A stretch of 64,000 bases of DNA, taken from assembly GCF_009914755.1 (NCBI RefSeq), contig NC_060926.1; one strand, written 5' to 3'. Positions 1 through 17,859 of this stretch are shown piece after piece. A model generated the notes under the pieces. It was not told where the DNA came from and did not search any database. It saw only the letters and a program-made list of their open reading frames with translations. The DNA comes from the human T2T-CHM13v2.0 reference genome, Homo sapiens. Numbering within the stretch: the first letter of the stretch is position 1; every line of letters begins with the position of its first letter. The position numbers and the translations under genes are program-made.

Positions 1-249
1 AATTGTGTCTTTACTCTTCTAGTGTGTCTGTGGTTCCCAGCTCAGTGCCAGACACACTATGGTTAATCAATAACTACTTGCTAACCATGCATTTATAATG
101 GATAAATATACACTTACAAATATGTATCCGTATAATATTAGTTTATCAGGATTTAGTTCGTTTATATGAAAGTTGTTTGGAAACTGTGAAGAATAAGCAA
201 AAAGAGTTGTTGGACTTGAGCAATTATTTTGGTCTTGGTTAAGGATGAG

Positions 250-660
250 TTCCTGAAATAATTTATTGTGAAGATGCACACAAGGTAACCCCAGGGAGCA
301 CACCTCCAAGAAATATAGCCAGGGCCCACAGGACCTGGGGAAGCCACACAGCTTTTTATTCTCTGATTCTTTCTCTCAATCCCTCCCTCCCCGTGTTCCT
401 CATTTCTGCCTCTCTTAGCTTGTTTTATGGCCTTGAAAATCTCCTAATCTGCAATAACTCATTGTTTTGGGTTACCATGGTACCAAAAATGGCCTCAACT
501 CTCCCTGATCTTACAACTCCAATGGCCCACATTACTTAACTGGTTTCTGTGTCTGTTATTTCAAATTCCAGAGAGAGAATCTGAATGCTCAGCTTGGATC
601 AGTTCCCTCCTCTGGTTCAATCAGTTGTGACCAGGGAATGGGTCCCCCAGGAAAACATGT
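250..660 (-). mobile_element. Old MaLR LTR fragment (MLT1J/K/L-like)
   Basis: Contains gagagaatctgaatgctcagcttggatcagttccctcctctggttcaatcagttgtgaccaggg, resembling the old MLT1 consensus from memory; boundaries approximate. Confidence 0.5.
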
Positions 661-989
661 CCATTCAGGCAGCACCATCTTCCTGGGGGCTGTGGAGCCC
701 CTCCCAAGTAAGGAGCCTGGTCTACAAAGGGCCATCCTGCTGAACACACTCAATTCCCAGCTACTCAGGCCCCAACAACACACTCACCCTCCATGCAGTC
801 ATTGGCTTAGGGCTATTCATTTCAACAATAATTTTTTTTGGCTGCCCTGTACCTTCCCAGAATACTTGAGGCCCTGGAAAGGGAAAGGAAATCTTGAATT
901 ATAATGGCCCTGACTTCCAAGATCTTTTTCTAGTGGCTTGACTCAACCATTGGACCGACGGGCCAGTTAAAGGCTAGAACATGGAGTAA

Positions 990-1250
990 GTATGGTAATT
1001 TCACAACAGAAATGTGGGAACACAGGCTTGAAAGATAGGCCAACAACACTAGATGGAAATCAGCAGCTATCTTCGACTATCAGATTGACAAATATTAAGA
1101 AGAATGACAACATGCAATATTGGCAAGGTGTGGGGAAACAGGTACTGTCATGCACTGGTGATGGGAGTGAAAAATGAAGCAATGCTTCTGTAGGCTACCT
1201 GGCAATCTCTACCAAGATAGTAAATGTTCATTCCCTGATCCAGGAATTTA
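990..1250 (+). mobile_element. Old L1M (L1ME-like) ORF2 3' fragment
   Basis: tattggcaaggtgtggggaaacaggtactgtcatgcactggtgatgggagtg matches the degenerate L1 ORF2 C-terminal region. Confidence 0.65.
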
Positions 1251-1293
1251 TGTAAGTTCAGTTGGCTCTCCAGATCCAGGAGTTTATGTAAGT

Positions 1294-1960
<667 letters not shown>

Positions 1961-2582
1961 GTTCAAGGATGTTTGTATATGCATGTGAATGCAGTGTTTT
2001 TCAGAGGAGAAAATAAACACACTTAAATGGCAAATAAGCTTTCTCAGGTGGATTATAATATTATAGAATACTATAAACTATTAAAATAATGAGGTAGCTC
2101 TATACTAGCATTTAAAGATAACCTTTAAATACACACAAATGTTTTGTTGTGTGGAGAAAAAACCAGGTGATAGGATAGCAATTCATGTAGGATCTGATTT
2201 ACATAAAAATTTTCACATTCAACTCTGTGGACATTAGACACAGACTGGGAGGAGTTACCAAAATGTTAAAGGCAGGCTAAGATTTCAAGTAATTGCTACT
2301 TTTGCTTTTGTATTTTCTGTATTGCTTGAATTTGCATATTTATTTTCATAATCAGAAAACTCAATAAAGCCAGCTTCCCCCTACCTTTGTCTTTTTTAAA
2401 AAATAACCCTTTCATTTTAGAATAGTTTTGTATTTACAGAAAACTTGAAAAGATGGTGCAAAATTCCTATATACTCCACTCCCAGCTTTCCCTATTATCA
2501 ACAACTTATATTAACATGATACATTTGTCACAATTAATGAACAAATATTGATGCATTATTAACTAAGGTACATGCTTCATTC

Positions 2583-2873
2583 AGTTTTATCGTTGTTTTT
2601 GAGACAGGGTCTTGCTGTCGCTCAAATGCAGTTGTGTGATCACAGGTAACTGCAGCCTCAACTTCCTGGGCTCAAACGATCCTCCCACCTTAGCCTACCG
2701 TGTAGCTGGGACTACGGGCATGCATCACCACATCCTGCTAATTTTTGTATTTTTTGTATAGACAGGGTTTCACCATGTTGTCCAGGCTGGTCTTGAACTC
2801 CTGGGCTCAAGAGATTCACCCACCTTAGCCTTCCAAATGCTGAGATCACAGGCGTGAGCCACTGCCCCCAGCC
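2583..2873 (-). mobile_element. AluJ
   Basis: Reverse Alu dimer with J-type diagnostics (ctcctgggctcaa, gatcctcccacc). Confidence 0.9.
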
Positions 2874-3039
2874 TCAGATTTCCTTTAGTTGTTACCTAAT
2901 GTCCCTTTTCTGTACTAAGATTCCATCCAGAATATCAGATTACATTTAGTTGTCATGTTTCTTTAGGCTTTCCTTGTCTTTTTCTTGTTTTTGATGATGC
3001 TGACAGTTAAATTTTTTTTTAAATTTTTATTCTCTTTTT

Positions 3040-3339
3040 TTCTTTTTTTTTTTTTTTTGAGACAGTGTCTCACTCTGTCACCCAGGCTAGAGAGCAATGG
3101 AGTGATTTCAGCTTACTGCAACCTCTGCCTCTGGGTTTAAGCGATTCTCATACCTCAGCCTCCCAAGTAGCTGGGATTACAGGTGCATGCCACCACACCT
3201 GGCTAATTTTTGTATTTTTTGTAGAGACGGGGTTTCACCATGTTGGCCAGGCTGGTCTCGAACTCCTGGGCTCAAGTGATCCACCTGCCTCGGCCTCCCA
3301 AAATGCTGAGATTACAGGCATGAGCCACCGCTCCCAGCC
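3040..3339 (-). mobile_element. Alu (S/Jb)
   Basis: Poly-T followed by full reverse dimer. Confidence 0.95.
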
Positions 3340-3909
3340 AACAGTTTTGAGGAGTACTTTTCAGGTAGATTGTGGATTACCCCTCCATTGGGATTTGTCT
3401 GATGTTTTTCTCATGATTAGACTGTGGTTACGGGTTATTCGGAGAAAGACTACAGAGGTAAAGGGCCATTCTCGTCACATCATATCAAGAGTGCATACTA
3501 TTAGCATTACTTATCACTTGATGTTAACCTTGATCACCTGGCTGAAGTAGTGTTTGTGAAGTTTCTCCATTGTAGTTATTCTTGTTTTCCTCTTTCACAC
3601 ACATGTATGCTTTGAAGGAAGTCACTATGCAGAGCCCACATGGAGGAGGCGAGAGTTATCCTCTACCTTCTTGAGGATGAACTATCTACATAAGTTATTT
3701 AGACTTTTCTACTGGGAGATCTGTCACTTCTCCATTTTAAAATTCAATCATTTATTTTTATTAGTATAACTCATAAATATTTATCTCACACTTTGGGTTA
3801 TAGTCCCATATTACTTTATTTTGTTGCTCAAATTGTTCCAGCTTTGGCCTTTAGGAGCTCTTTCAATTGGCTCCTGTGCTCCTTTGACCTCTTCCCATCA
3901 ATGTGAGTT

Positions 3910-3911
<2 letters not shown>

Positions 3912-3940
<29 letters not shown>
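3912..3940. repeat. (GT)n microsatellite
   Basis: About 14 consecutive GT units. Confidence 0.95.
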
Positions 3941-3943
<3 letters not shown>

Positions 3944-4094
3944 AAACACTTCCTTACTTTCTGGCACTACATGATGCTCCAGGCTCATCTCATCTTGTAC
4001 ATTTCCTGCCTGTCCTAAAATCAATCTTTCCTTTATGAGAAAAAATAGCGAACATCTGCCTCTGACTAGTCACATAGTTGGCCCTTGCTGTAAA

Positions 4095-4352
4095 GAGGGA
4101 GGATCACTTGAGTCCAGGAGTTCCAAACCAGCCTGGGTTACATGGTGAAACCACTGCTCTGCACAAAAACTTATATATAAAAAACAAAATTAGCCAGGCT
4201 TGGTGGCATGCGCCTGTAGTCCCAGCTACCCAGGAGGCTGAGGTGAAAGGATCACTTGATCTCAGAGTTCAAGGCTGCAGTGAGCCATGATCACACCACT
4301 GCACTTCAGCCTGTGCCACAGAGTAAGACCGTCAAAAAAAAAAAAAAAAAAA
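4095..4352 (+). mobile_element. 5'-truncated AluJ
   Basis: Begins at gggaggatcacttgag and ends in a long poly-A. Confidence 0.9.
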
Positions 4353-6350
<1,998 letters not shown>

Positions 6351-6559
6351 TTTTGTTTGTTTGTTTGTTTTTGTTTTTGTTTTTTTCTTTAGTGGCCATT
6401 TCCAAGGAGCCCTGGTTTCTTTTATTGGAGGATGGCATTATTAGAATCTGTGCATCAAGTGTGCACATTACAAATAAGTTAAAGCCAGCTTTATTTTCAT
6501 AAGGAATGAAAATCATCAGCCATGTAGGTAGACAGGGAAGGCCAGTGGCAGAAGAAGGG

Positions 6560-7650
6560 TCCCTGTTAGGAAGGCAGGCGGGACGAGACACTTTCCCTGG
6601 GAGAAGGGTGTGGCTGGGGCTGCGTCACAGGAAACTTGCAGAACAAAGAGAGTCCACTTAGCCCTGTTCTGACCCCATCTCAGGGTTCCTCCTGAGTGGC
6701 CAGTGGGCTGGGGGTGGGAAGAAGCAAGGGCTCTCCTCTCCCTCTCTCTCTATCCCAGGGTCACTCAGAGCACGCGGGAAGGGGCAGGAGTGGGAGGTCC
6801 CTCCTCGGTGCCCGGCTGCGCCAGCTGCTGCCGTGTTCTGGTGTACCAGGCCGGACCTTGCGCAATGCCTTTGGGGTAATCTTCAAACCTATGTCTGCTG
6901 GTCACTCTCTTTAGCTGCCTGGCAGTACCGCAAACCCAGTTGTGGAAAGTCCCACCACAAGGACCTTGACAGAGGTGGAGGCCCTCCCCATGCAGAAGCC
7001 AGAGAACTGCGCCCATTCTCCCGGTATCCTTCCGTGGGGCCTCAACACAGGCGTGTACTGCTCAGTGCGCATGTGCAGTCAGGTCTGGTCGGGGCTGGTA
7101 GCGGGGCACGGGGAGGTGGGAGCTGACTCTTGCCCAGCCCTGGCCCACGGCAAGGTGTCAGGTACACTTGGTGACCGACCCAATATTAGCTCGCGAGTAG
7201 GGTTGCTAGATTTAGCAAATAAAAATATAGGACATACTTGTGCTAAATGGGGCCTGCTTATACTAAAAAAGAAATCCGTGTTTATTTGAAATTAAAATTT
7301 AACTAGGCATCCTGTGTTTTATCTGGCAGCCTCACCCAAGAGAACTGTCTGAGGACTGTCTCAAGCCAGAGCAAAGTCAGAGTTGGGGCTCTGCCCATCA
7401 GGGTGTCCTCTTTTAAGTCAGGTATCAAGTCATCTCTTACCCAGTCATTTTGCCTGAAATCCTGGTAATATTCAACACTTCCCCGGCTGACAAAAGGCAA
7501 TTAGAAGTGTCAGCATTTGTTTTGCCATGCGGTGGGGTTGGGGACACTGACTGTGTCATTTACCCTCAGTCCCAAGCACAGCACCAGGGGCTCAATGTCA
7601 GGGTGATATCCAAGGAGCTGAGGCGCATGCGCCAAGAGTGTGGAAAATTC
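6560..7650. promoter_or_regulatory. Candidate enhancer or weak promoter (GC-rich, CpG-retaining, TF motif cluster)
   Basis: TGCGTCA 6621, CAGGAA 6628, TTGCGCAAT 6858, TGCGCATGTGCA 7066, CTCGCGAG 7190, GGCGCATGCGCC 7622. Confidence 0.35.
7198..7333. mobile_element. MER53 (palindromic hAT MITE), internally deleted
   Basis: TIRs tagggttgctagatttagcaaataaaaatatagga ... catcctgtgttttatctggcagcct. Confidence 0.85.
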
Positions 7651-7901
7651 AAAGACGGCACCTGAAAAGAGAATCAACTAATCTACTGAGCCAACCAGGA
7701 TGGGAGAACTGGGAAAGATGAGACAGTGGCCAAGTGTTACGGGACAATGGGGAGGTGGGTGTGGTGGAAATCTGGTGACATAGGCCCACATGCACCTGGA
7801 TGTGCACCCTTTCCCACTGTGTGTGCCAATAAGGATAAGATGACCTCTGTCCTAACCCTGTATAAATGACATAAACTACAGCCAATAACTTTCCCCCATT
7901 A

Positions 7902-8244
<343 letters not shown>

Positions 8245-9163
8245 GACATTCAAGCAGGCATAGCAAATATGGCATTTGCCAGTTCTCAGTTGAGAGCTGT
8301 GCTCTCTCCCATTGGATATGGACACTGCCTCAGACTCATGCTCAGCACCCTACACTGACCTTGCTAACAATAAAAAACCCTTATTCCATCTCTGGTTTCT
8401 AGCTGCTTATTTCATCCCTATCCACTTCCCCGATCCCTGGACAATGCTATCGGACTCCCTGAGTCAAATGGCCCTATACATTTATGAGGATTTTTATTCT
8501 CTTTGTTTTCTTTCTGTAGCTGGGAAAGTGCTATTTTTCAAAATTTCAAGTCATTGTTCAATCCCTAGACCTGCAGGGAAGATAGCACAAGCTGAGACAG
8601 GGAGAGTCTGTACTGGGGGCCAGGGGAGTGATCGTGGGAATGTTCTTACTGGCAGCCTGAGTCTAGATGCTGGAAGATGAGTACCAGGCTTGCTTTTGGA
8701 CTCCAGCTTTTTCAAAAGTGGGTGGAAAAATTATTGTACTCCTATCAATCACAATGTGACATGTTCATCTGAGTAAAATCCAACTTTGAAATGTTACATA
8801 TTTTCATGCCTAAAGACTCAATCTAAATAGTTTCTGCTTTGAATTATGTGATTTACTTGAAAATTGCAGTGTACTCATCATTTCCTCCGGAAGCTTTATA
8901 TCAACCTTTGACCCAAAGCAGAAAAGTTCTGGAGAAAATAATGAAATGAATGTTGGTGGCCTCATTAACATGTTAAGCACTGTGTCTAAGGCAGAAAGGG
9001 TCTTCAATAAATGGTAGCAATGTTCATTCTCCTTCATTAATTTTTGACAAATAAACATTTTCAAAATGTATCTCTAGGCTAAAGGAGTTCAAAGAAATAA
9101 CAGTCACACATGTACTCAGGACTTCCATAGAAAGCTTTAAAAAAAGACATGATAATTATTGTC

Positions 9164-9387
9164 TAGGGTTTCTGAACCTTGTCACGATTGACATTTTGGG
9201 TCAGATAATCTTTGGTGTGGGGGCCTGTTGTGTGTACTGCAGGATGTTTAGCAACATCCCTGGTGTCTCCCCACTAGATGGGTAGCACGCTCTTCTCAAT
9301 TGTCATAACCAAAAATCTCTGCAGACATTACCAAATGTCCCCTGGAGGGAAGGGCGGTGCAAAATTGTCCCCAGCTGAGAACGACTG
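9164..9387. mobile_element. MER20 (hAT-Charlie)
   Basis: gattgacattttgggtcagataatctttgg...tgcaggatgtttagcaacatccctgg...cagacattaccaaatgtcccctgg. Confidence 0.85.
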
Positions 9388-9511
9388 ATCATTGTCAAAT
9401 CACCTGTGGTAAGGCTAACCGAAGGCAACAAAACCTTTGTTAAACCACAACTGTCTTAGAAAGAAGGGAGTATGTTATGCAATAGGACACTTTGTTCATC
9501 TTGGATCCAGT

Positions 9512-10250
9512 GTAGCCGAAACAATGTTGAGATAAAAGAACAAGGTTGGAGGTCACAATTCTCAATTTCAAAACTTACTAAAAAGCTACAGTAACCAAGT
9601 CAGGGTGGTACTGGCATAAGGACAGACATAGATCAATGGAACAGAATTGACAATCCAGAAACAAATCTTCGTATTTATAATCAATTGATTTTCAACAAGG
9701 GTGTCAAAACAATTCAATGAGGAAAATAATAGTATTTTCAGCAAATGGTACTGGAACAACTGCATATCCACATGCAAGAGAATGAAGTTGGACCTCTGTC
9801 TTATACCATATACAAAAATTAACTCAAAATGGATCAAAAGCCTAAATGTCAGAGCTAAAAAATTATAAAGCTATTAGAAGAAAACATAGGCATACATCTT
9901 CATGACCTTGGATTATATATGACACTAAAAACATGTGACAAAAGAAAAAAAGAAACAAATTAGACTTACTCAAAATTTAAACTCTTTGTACCTCAAAGAA
10001 CATAATCAAGAAAGTGAAAAGACAACCCACAGAATGGGAGGAAATTTTCACAAATCATATGTTTGATAAAGGTCTTGTACCTAGACTATATAAAGAACTC
10101 CTACAACTCAATGATAAAAAGATAAATAACCTAATTTTAAAATGAACAAAGAATATTAATAGACATTTCTCCAAAGAAGATATACAAATGGCCAATAAGC
10201 ACATGAAAAGATACTCAACATCATTAGCCATTGAGGAGCTGCCAATCAAA
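9512..10250 (+). mobile_element. L1M ORF2 fragment
   Basis: Degenerate KNKVGG..PNFKTY.KATV..WYWHKDRHIDQWNRI coding remnant. Confidence 0.85.
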
Positions 10251-10624
10251 ATATATATGTTCACCTGATTGATGGGAAAGATGACACCTACAGTATGGTG
10301 GGGCAGGGGGCAAAGATGGTCTTTTGAAGGGCAATTGAATAGTCAAATGGACAAAATAAATTGTGACCCCTACTTCACATATTGTTCATAAAAATTCCAG
10401 ATGGATTGTAGGTCTAAATGTGGAAGATTTAAAAATAAATCTTTTAGAAGAAAACTTGGGGTAGGCAAATGTTTCTTACAACGACATAAAAATAACTTAT
10501 TATAAAGGAAAAAAAGAAAAATTGGACTACATTCAGATCAAGAACTGCTGTCCATCAAAAGACATCATTTAAACTGGGAAAGATAAGCATAGACTGGGAG
10601 AAGGCATTTACAATATAGGACTCA

Positions 10625-11095
10625 TGGCAATGTGAATGCACCATTCAGGTCCTCCTTTAAGAAAGGACCCCCTGTGGAGCTGTGAGGAGTGTGATGAACT
10701 CACAACGTCCTGCTTTTGGCAGGATGCTTCAGGTCCACATCAGCTTTTGAGCCAAGGTCATGCTCTTCTTGGAGGCCATCCTCGGCCAATAATTCAGAAA
10801 GGCAAAGGTAACCAACTGTGCTCTTTGCAGAGTATGCTCCAGCCAGTGACTAAAGAAGGCAGTGATACAAAGGCCTAGCTATTTCCACCTGAATCAGGGC
10901 TCCTTTGATGGGCGGTCTTTGCTTCAGAGCTCCCTATGGGGTTATCAGAGGCCACCAGGGCTGTATTGCAGATCGATGGCTCCCCTTACCCAATCCCATC
11001 TTCTTTCCTTTTCTTTCATAGTGTACTCCACAGTAAGCCTTTTACACTTCTACCACCTCAGTCTCTGCTTCTCAGGGAACACAAACCAGTTCAAC
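10625..11095 (+). mobile_element. ERVL LTR (LTR16-like)
   Basis: 3' end ccacctcagtctctgcttctcagggaacacaaacc typical of the LTR16 group. Confidence 0.55.
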
Positions 11096-11269
11096 TTATA
11101 TAAAATATATTTTAAAAAAAGAAAAGAAAAGAAACAGCATATATAGAAAGAACTCCTAAAATCAATAAACAAATCGGTAGACAACCCAATAGAAAATGAG
11201 CAATATACCTGAATGAGTACTTTATGAAAGAAGATATGCTAATGGCCGGTAAACAAATAAAAATACATT

Positions 11270-14013
11270 TGTGTTAGTTTCCTGGGGCTGCTGTAACAAA
11301 TTCCCTAATCATGGCAACTTAACACAACAGATATGTATTCTCAAAGTTCTGGAGGTAAGAAGTCCAAAATCAAGGTATTGGCAAGGCCTTGCTCCCTCTG
11401 GAGGCTCTGAGGAAGTTCCATTCCTTGGCTTTTCTCACTTCTGGGGGCTGCTGGCAGTTCCTGGCTTCCTTTGGCTTGTGGCTGCATCACTCCAACCTCT
11501 ACCTCCATCTTGCCCTCACCTTCTCCAATGTGAATGTCTAACCTCCCTCTGCCTCTCTTTTAAAAGAACACTAGTGTATTCTTATAAATTATTAGTCTGT
11601 ATTAGTGTATTAGTCTGTTCTCATGCTGCTAATAAAGACATACCTGAGACTGGGTAATTTATAAAGGAAAGATGTTTAATGGTCTCACAGTACTATGTGA
11701 CTGCAGAAGACTCACAATCATGGTGGAAGGCAAAGGAGGAGCAAAGTCACGTCTTACATGGTGGCAGGCAAGAGGGCATGTATGGGGGTACTGCCCTTTA
11801 TAAAACCATCAGATCTCATAAGACTTATTCACAATCACAAGAACAGCATGGGAACGACCCTCATGATTCAATTGCCTTCCACTGGGCCCCTCCCATGTCA
11901 CATGGGAATTAGGGGAACTACAATTCAAGATGAGATTTGGGTGGGGACACAGCCAAACCATATCATTCTTCCCTGGCCCCTCCCAAATTTCATGTCCTCA
12001 CATTTCAAAACCAATCATGCCTTCTCAACAGTCCCCCAAAGTCTTAACTCATTTCAGCATTAACTCAGAAGACCACAGTTCAAAGTCTTGTCTGAAACAA
12101 GGCAAGTCCATCCCACCTATGAGCCTGTAAAATCATAAGCAAGTTAGCTTCTTCCTGAATACAGGCATTGAGTAAATAGACCCATTCCAAATGGGAGAAA
12201 TTGGCCAAAACAAAAGAGCTACAAGCCCCATGAAAGTCCAAAATCCAGAGGGGCAGCCAAATCTTAAAGCTCCAAAATGATCTCCTTTGACTCCATGTCT
12301 TATATCCAGGCCACACTGATGCAAGAGGTGGGTTCCCATTGCCTTGTGTAGCTCCACCCCTGTGGCTTTGCAGGGTACAGCCCTTCTCCTGGCTGCTTTC
12401 AGAGGCTGGTGTTGAGTGTCTGTGACTTTTCCAGGTGCACGGTACAAGCTGTTGGTGCATCTACCTTTCCAGGGTCTGGAGGATGGTGGCCCTCTTCTCA
12501 CAGCTCCACTAGGCAGTGCCCCAGTGGGGACCCTTTACAGGGGCTACAACCCTACATTTCCCTTCCACACTGCCCTAGCAGAGATTCTCCATAAGGGCCC
12601 CACCCCTGCTCCAAACTTCTGCCTGGACATCCAGACATTTCCCTAAGTCCTCTGAAATCTAGGTGGAGATTCCCAAACCTCAATTATTGACTTCTATTCA
12701 CCTGCAGGCTCAACACCATGTGGAAGTTGCCAAGCTTAGGGCTTGCACCCTCTGAAGCCACAGCCTGAATTGTACCTTGGCACCTTTTAGCCACGACTGG
12801 AATGGCTGGGATGCAGGGCACAAAGTCCATAGGCTGCACACAGCAGTGGGACCCTGGGCCTGGCCTGGGAAGTCATTTTTTCCTCCTAGGCCTCCAGACC
12901 TGTGATGGGGGGTGGCTGCTACAAAGGTCTCTGACATGCCCTGGAGATATTTTCCCCATTGTCCTGGTAATTAACACTGGGCTCTTTGTTACTTATGCAT
13001 ATTTCTGCAGCAGGTTTGAATTTCTCCCCAGAAAATAGGTTTTTCCTTTCTATTGCACTGCCAGGCTGAAAATTTTCCAAACTTTTATGCTCTGCTTCCT
13101 ATTGAATGCTTCGCTGCTTAGAAATTTCTTCTGCCAGATATCCTAAATCATCTCTCCCAAGTTCAAAGTTCCACAGATCTCTAGGGCAGGGGTAAAATGC
13201 CACCTGTCTCCTTGCATAGCAACAGTGACTTTTACTCCAGTTCCCAACAAGTTTCTCATCTCCATCTGAGACCACTTCATCCTGGACCTTATTGTCCATA
13301 TCACTATCAGCATTTTGGGCAAAGCCATTCAACAAGTCTCTAAGAAGTTCCAAACTTTCCCACATCTTCCTGTCTTTTTCTGAGCCCTCCAAACTCTTCC
13401 AACCTCTGTCTGTTAACCAGTTGCAAAGTCATTTCCACATTTTTGGGTATCTTTACAGCAGCACCCCACTCTACCAGTACCAATTTACTGTATTAGTCTG
13501 TTCTCACACTGCTACTAAAGACATACTCAAGACTGGGTAATTTATAAGGAAAAGAGATTTAATGCACTCACAGTTCCACATGGCTGGGGAGGCCTCACAA
13601 TCATGGCAGAAGGCAAAGGAGGAGAAAGGCACATCTTACATGGTGGCAGGCAAGAGCACATGTGCAGGGGAACTCCCCTTTATAAAACCATTGGATCTTG
13701 TGAGACTTACTCGCTACCAAGAGAACAGCATGGGAAAGACCTGCCCCATGATTCAATTAATTCCCACTAGATTCCTCCCCTGGCATGTGGGGATTATGGG
13801 AGCTACAAAGATGAGATTAGGATGGGGACAGAGCAAAGCCATATCAACTTGCAATGGTTTTTAGGGCCCACCAGATAATCCGGAATAATCTACTTATCTC
13901 AAAATCCTTAACTTAATCACATTTGCAAAAACTTTACCACGTAAAGCAACATTCACAGCTTTCAGGAATTAAAGCATGTGATATTTTTGGGGGACACCAC
14001 TCAGCCCACTACA
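11270..14013 (-). mobile_element. MLT1B/C LTR split by the THE1 provirus
   Basis: tgtgttagtttcctggggctgctgtaacaaa start; resumes at 13852 (tttagggcccaccagataatcc) to ggggacaccactcagcccactaca. Confidence 0.8.
11606..13846 (-). mobile_element. Full THE1 (THE1C-like) MaLR provirus: LTR 11606-11965, internal 11966-13488, LTR 13489-13846
   Basis: Both LTRs run tgtattagtctgttctca...ccatatca; ~1.5 kb THE1-int; imperfect 5-bp TSD actag (11570-11574)/acttg (13847-13851). Confidence 0.93.
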
Positions 14014-14249
14014 ACTTGTATTATTAGGCATCAGGAAAATCTAAAGGAAATGCAAATTAAGGTCACAATGTGCTGCTACTTCACACCCAACAGAATAGCT
14101 AAAATGAAAAAGGCAGGACCAAGCAGAGCTCTCATACACTGCTTATGGGGGTTATGCTGATATAATTCCTTTGTCAAATTGATTGGCAGCACCAACACTG
14201 AGTATGTGCATACTCTGTGGCCCAGAAATTCCACTCCTGAGGATGTGTC

Positions 14250-14811
14250 TAATTCTTTTACACATCTTTCCTCAAGAGGCAGAATCTATATCAAATGCCT
14301 TTGAATTATGGAGAGCTTGACAGTTCAACCAATAGAATGTGGTGTTTGTGGCACTATGAGACTCTGCAGACAGAAAAATTTCATAAGAGGCCTTCCACCT
14401 TCCATTTCTCTTTCTAGAATGATTTCTCTTAGATTCCTGAGTCTCCAGGCAGGGAGTTTGACCATATCAAGACCTTCCTGCTGTGAGGAAGCCTAAGTCA
14501 CAGGGGCAGGCTATGGAGAGGGAACCTGAGGTTTAGTCCCAGGTAAGTGCAGGCTTCAACTTATTCCAGCCCAGACACCAGGTTTGTGAGCAAGAAGTCT
14601 CCATATGACTCCTGCCCTGGCATTCAAATCACCCCCAGCCATCCAGGTTTCCTAACTGAGACCCCAGGCAAGGTGAAGCAGAGCAAACCATACCTTCCAT
14701 GCCCCATTCAAGTTCCTCACCCACAGGGCCCATGGGTATAATAAAATGAGTGTTGTTTGATAGTACTACATTTTGGGACACTTTGTCATGCAGTAATAGG
14801 TAGCTGGAACA
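14250..14811 (+). mobile_element. MLT1G/H-like LTR
   Basis: accaatagaatgtgg, ctgtgaggaagcctaag, end aataaaatg...gcagtaataggtagctggaaca. Confidence 0.7.
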
Positions 14812-14974
14812 ATACCCAACAGAAATGTAAATTCATCAAAAGACAAACCTGAAAATATTCATAGCAGCACTTATTTGTACTAACCCTAAACAGGTAACTA
14901 CCCCAAAACACCCATCAAACAGTGGGTTGGATAAATAATTTGTGGTAATATTAACACAATGGAATATTGGATCT

Positions 14975-16857
<1,883 letters not shown>

Positions 16858-17391
16858 GGAAATTTATACCTAAACACCGATGGCAAAATTGCAGAACACT
16901 CGAGACAGAGATCTTAAGGGCAGGCAGGCAGAAAAGACAAATTACCTACCAAAGAATGACAAACTAGTAGTTGACTTATCAACATAAGAACAGAAGCCAA
17001 TAAACAGCTTAATAATATCTTCAAAATAGAGAAAATAACGGTCAGTGTAGAATTTTTATCCAGGAAAATTCTCATTCAAGAGCAAGAATAAAATAAAGAC
17101 ATTTTCAGGCAAGACTGGTAAGTCCAACATACTCCTACTATAGAACTCCAAAGGATTTATTTCAGGAAGAATAAAAATGATTCCAGAAGAGCAATCTAAG
17201 GTGTATAAAGGAAAAGTGAGCAAGAAAAAAAATGTAGACGTCTGGTGAAATCTAAGCAAATACTGACTATATAAAATAATGATTTGTGTGCTTAAAAAGA
17301 ACTACAATTCTAGACAATACTGTATAAATTGGATGACAGTGGTTTGAGTTAAGGTTTTTGTGTTTTGCAGAAGGAGGGTAAAGATATTAAC

Positions 17392-17859
17392 TGATAGCAG
17401 ATGCTATCAGTGCCCTGCCCATACAGCCTTGGATTTTAGCATTTTCTGGCCTTTCTCCAAACTTCTAACTGGCGGTATTTGGGGCTCTTTGCATGAGGGC
17501 TCCTTCTGACCACTGTGTCTCCCCTGCGTGTGTGCAGGACAAGCTGGAAGTGCTGAGGAATTAATGTCCCCAGAAGCAGCCCTCAACTAATAATGCTGGA
17601 AATTAATGGATAAACACTCCAGCTCCCTCACCCTCATTCCTTGGTTTGTTCTGCACTGCCTTGTAGAGTTACCTATTGAGTTTTAGCCCTAGTTGTCCAC
17701 ATTGGTAACCAAATGAGACATACTTTACTGGCTTCCTTCCCTTCCCTGTCTCATCTCCCTACTCCCTTATCAGTGTTCTCTCAAGCTACCTCCCAAATAA
17801 AACTTTTCATTCAAATTCTTACCTCAGGGTCTGCTTCTGAGGCAATCCAAATTAAGACA
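17392..17859 (+). mobile_element. ERVL solo LTR (LTR33/LTR16-like)
   Basis: TG...CA ends (tgatagcagatgct ... aattaagaca), AATAAA, perfect 5-bp TSD ttaac. Confidence 0.8.

Larger units (their letters stand above)
2400..4020 (-). mobile_element. L1MC-type 3' end interrupted by two Alus and a (GT)n
   Basis: ttttagaatagttttgtatttacagaaaa...acatttgtcacaattaatgaac and ccagaatatcagattacatttagttgtcatg are typical of L1MC 3' UTR in reverse. Confidence 0.7.
10250..14970 (+). mobile_element. Very old L1ME fragments (10250-10620, 11140-11270, 14014-14250, 14812-14970) hosting nested LTR elements
   Basis: Successive colinear L1 ORF2 3' remnants on either side of the LTR insertions. Confidence 0.6.
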
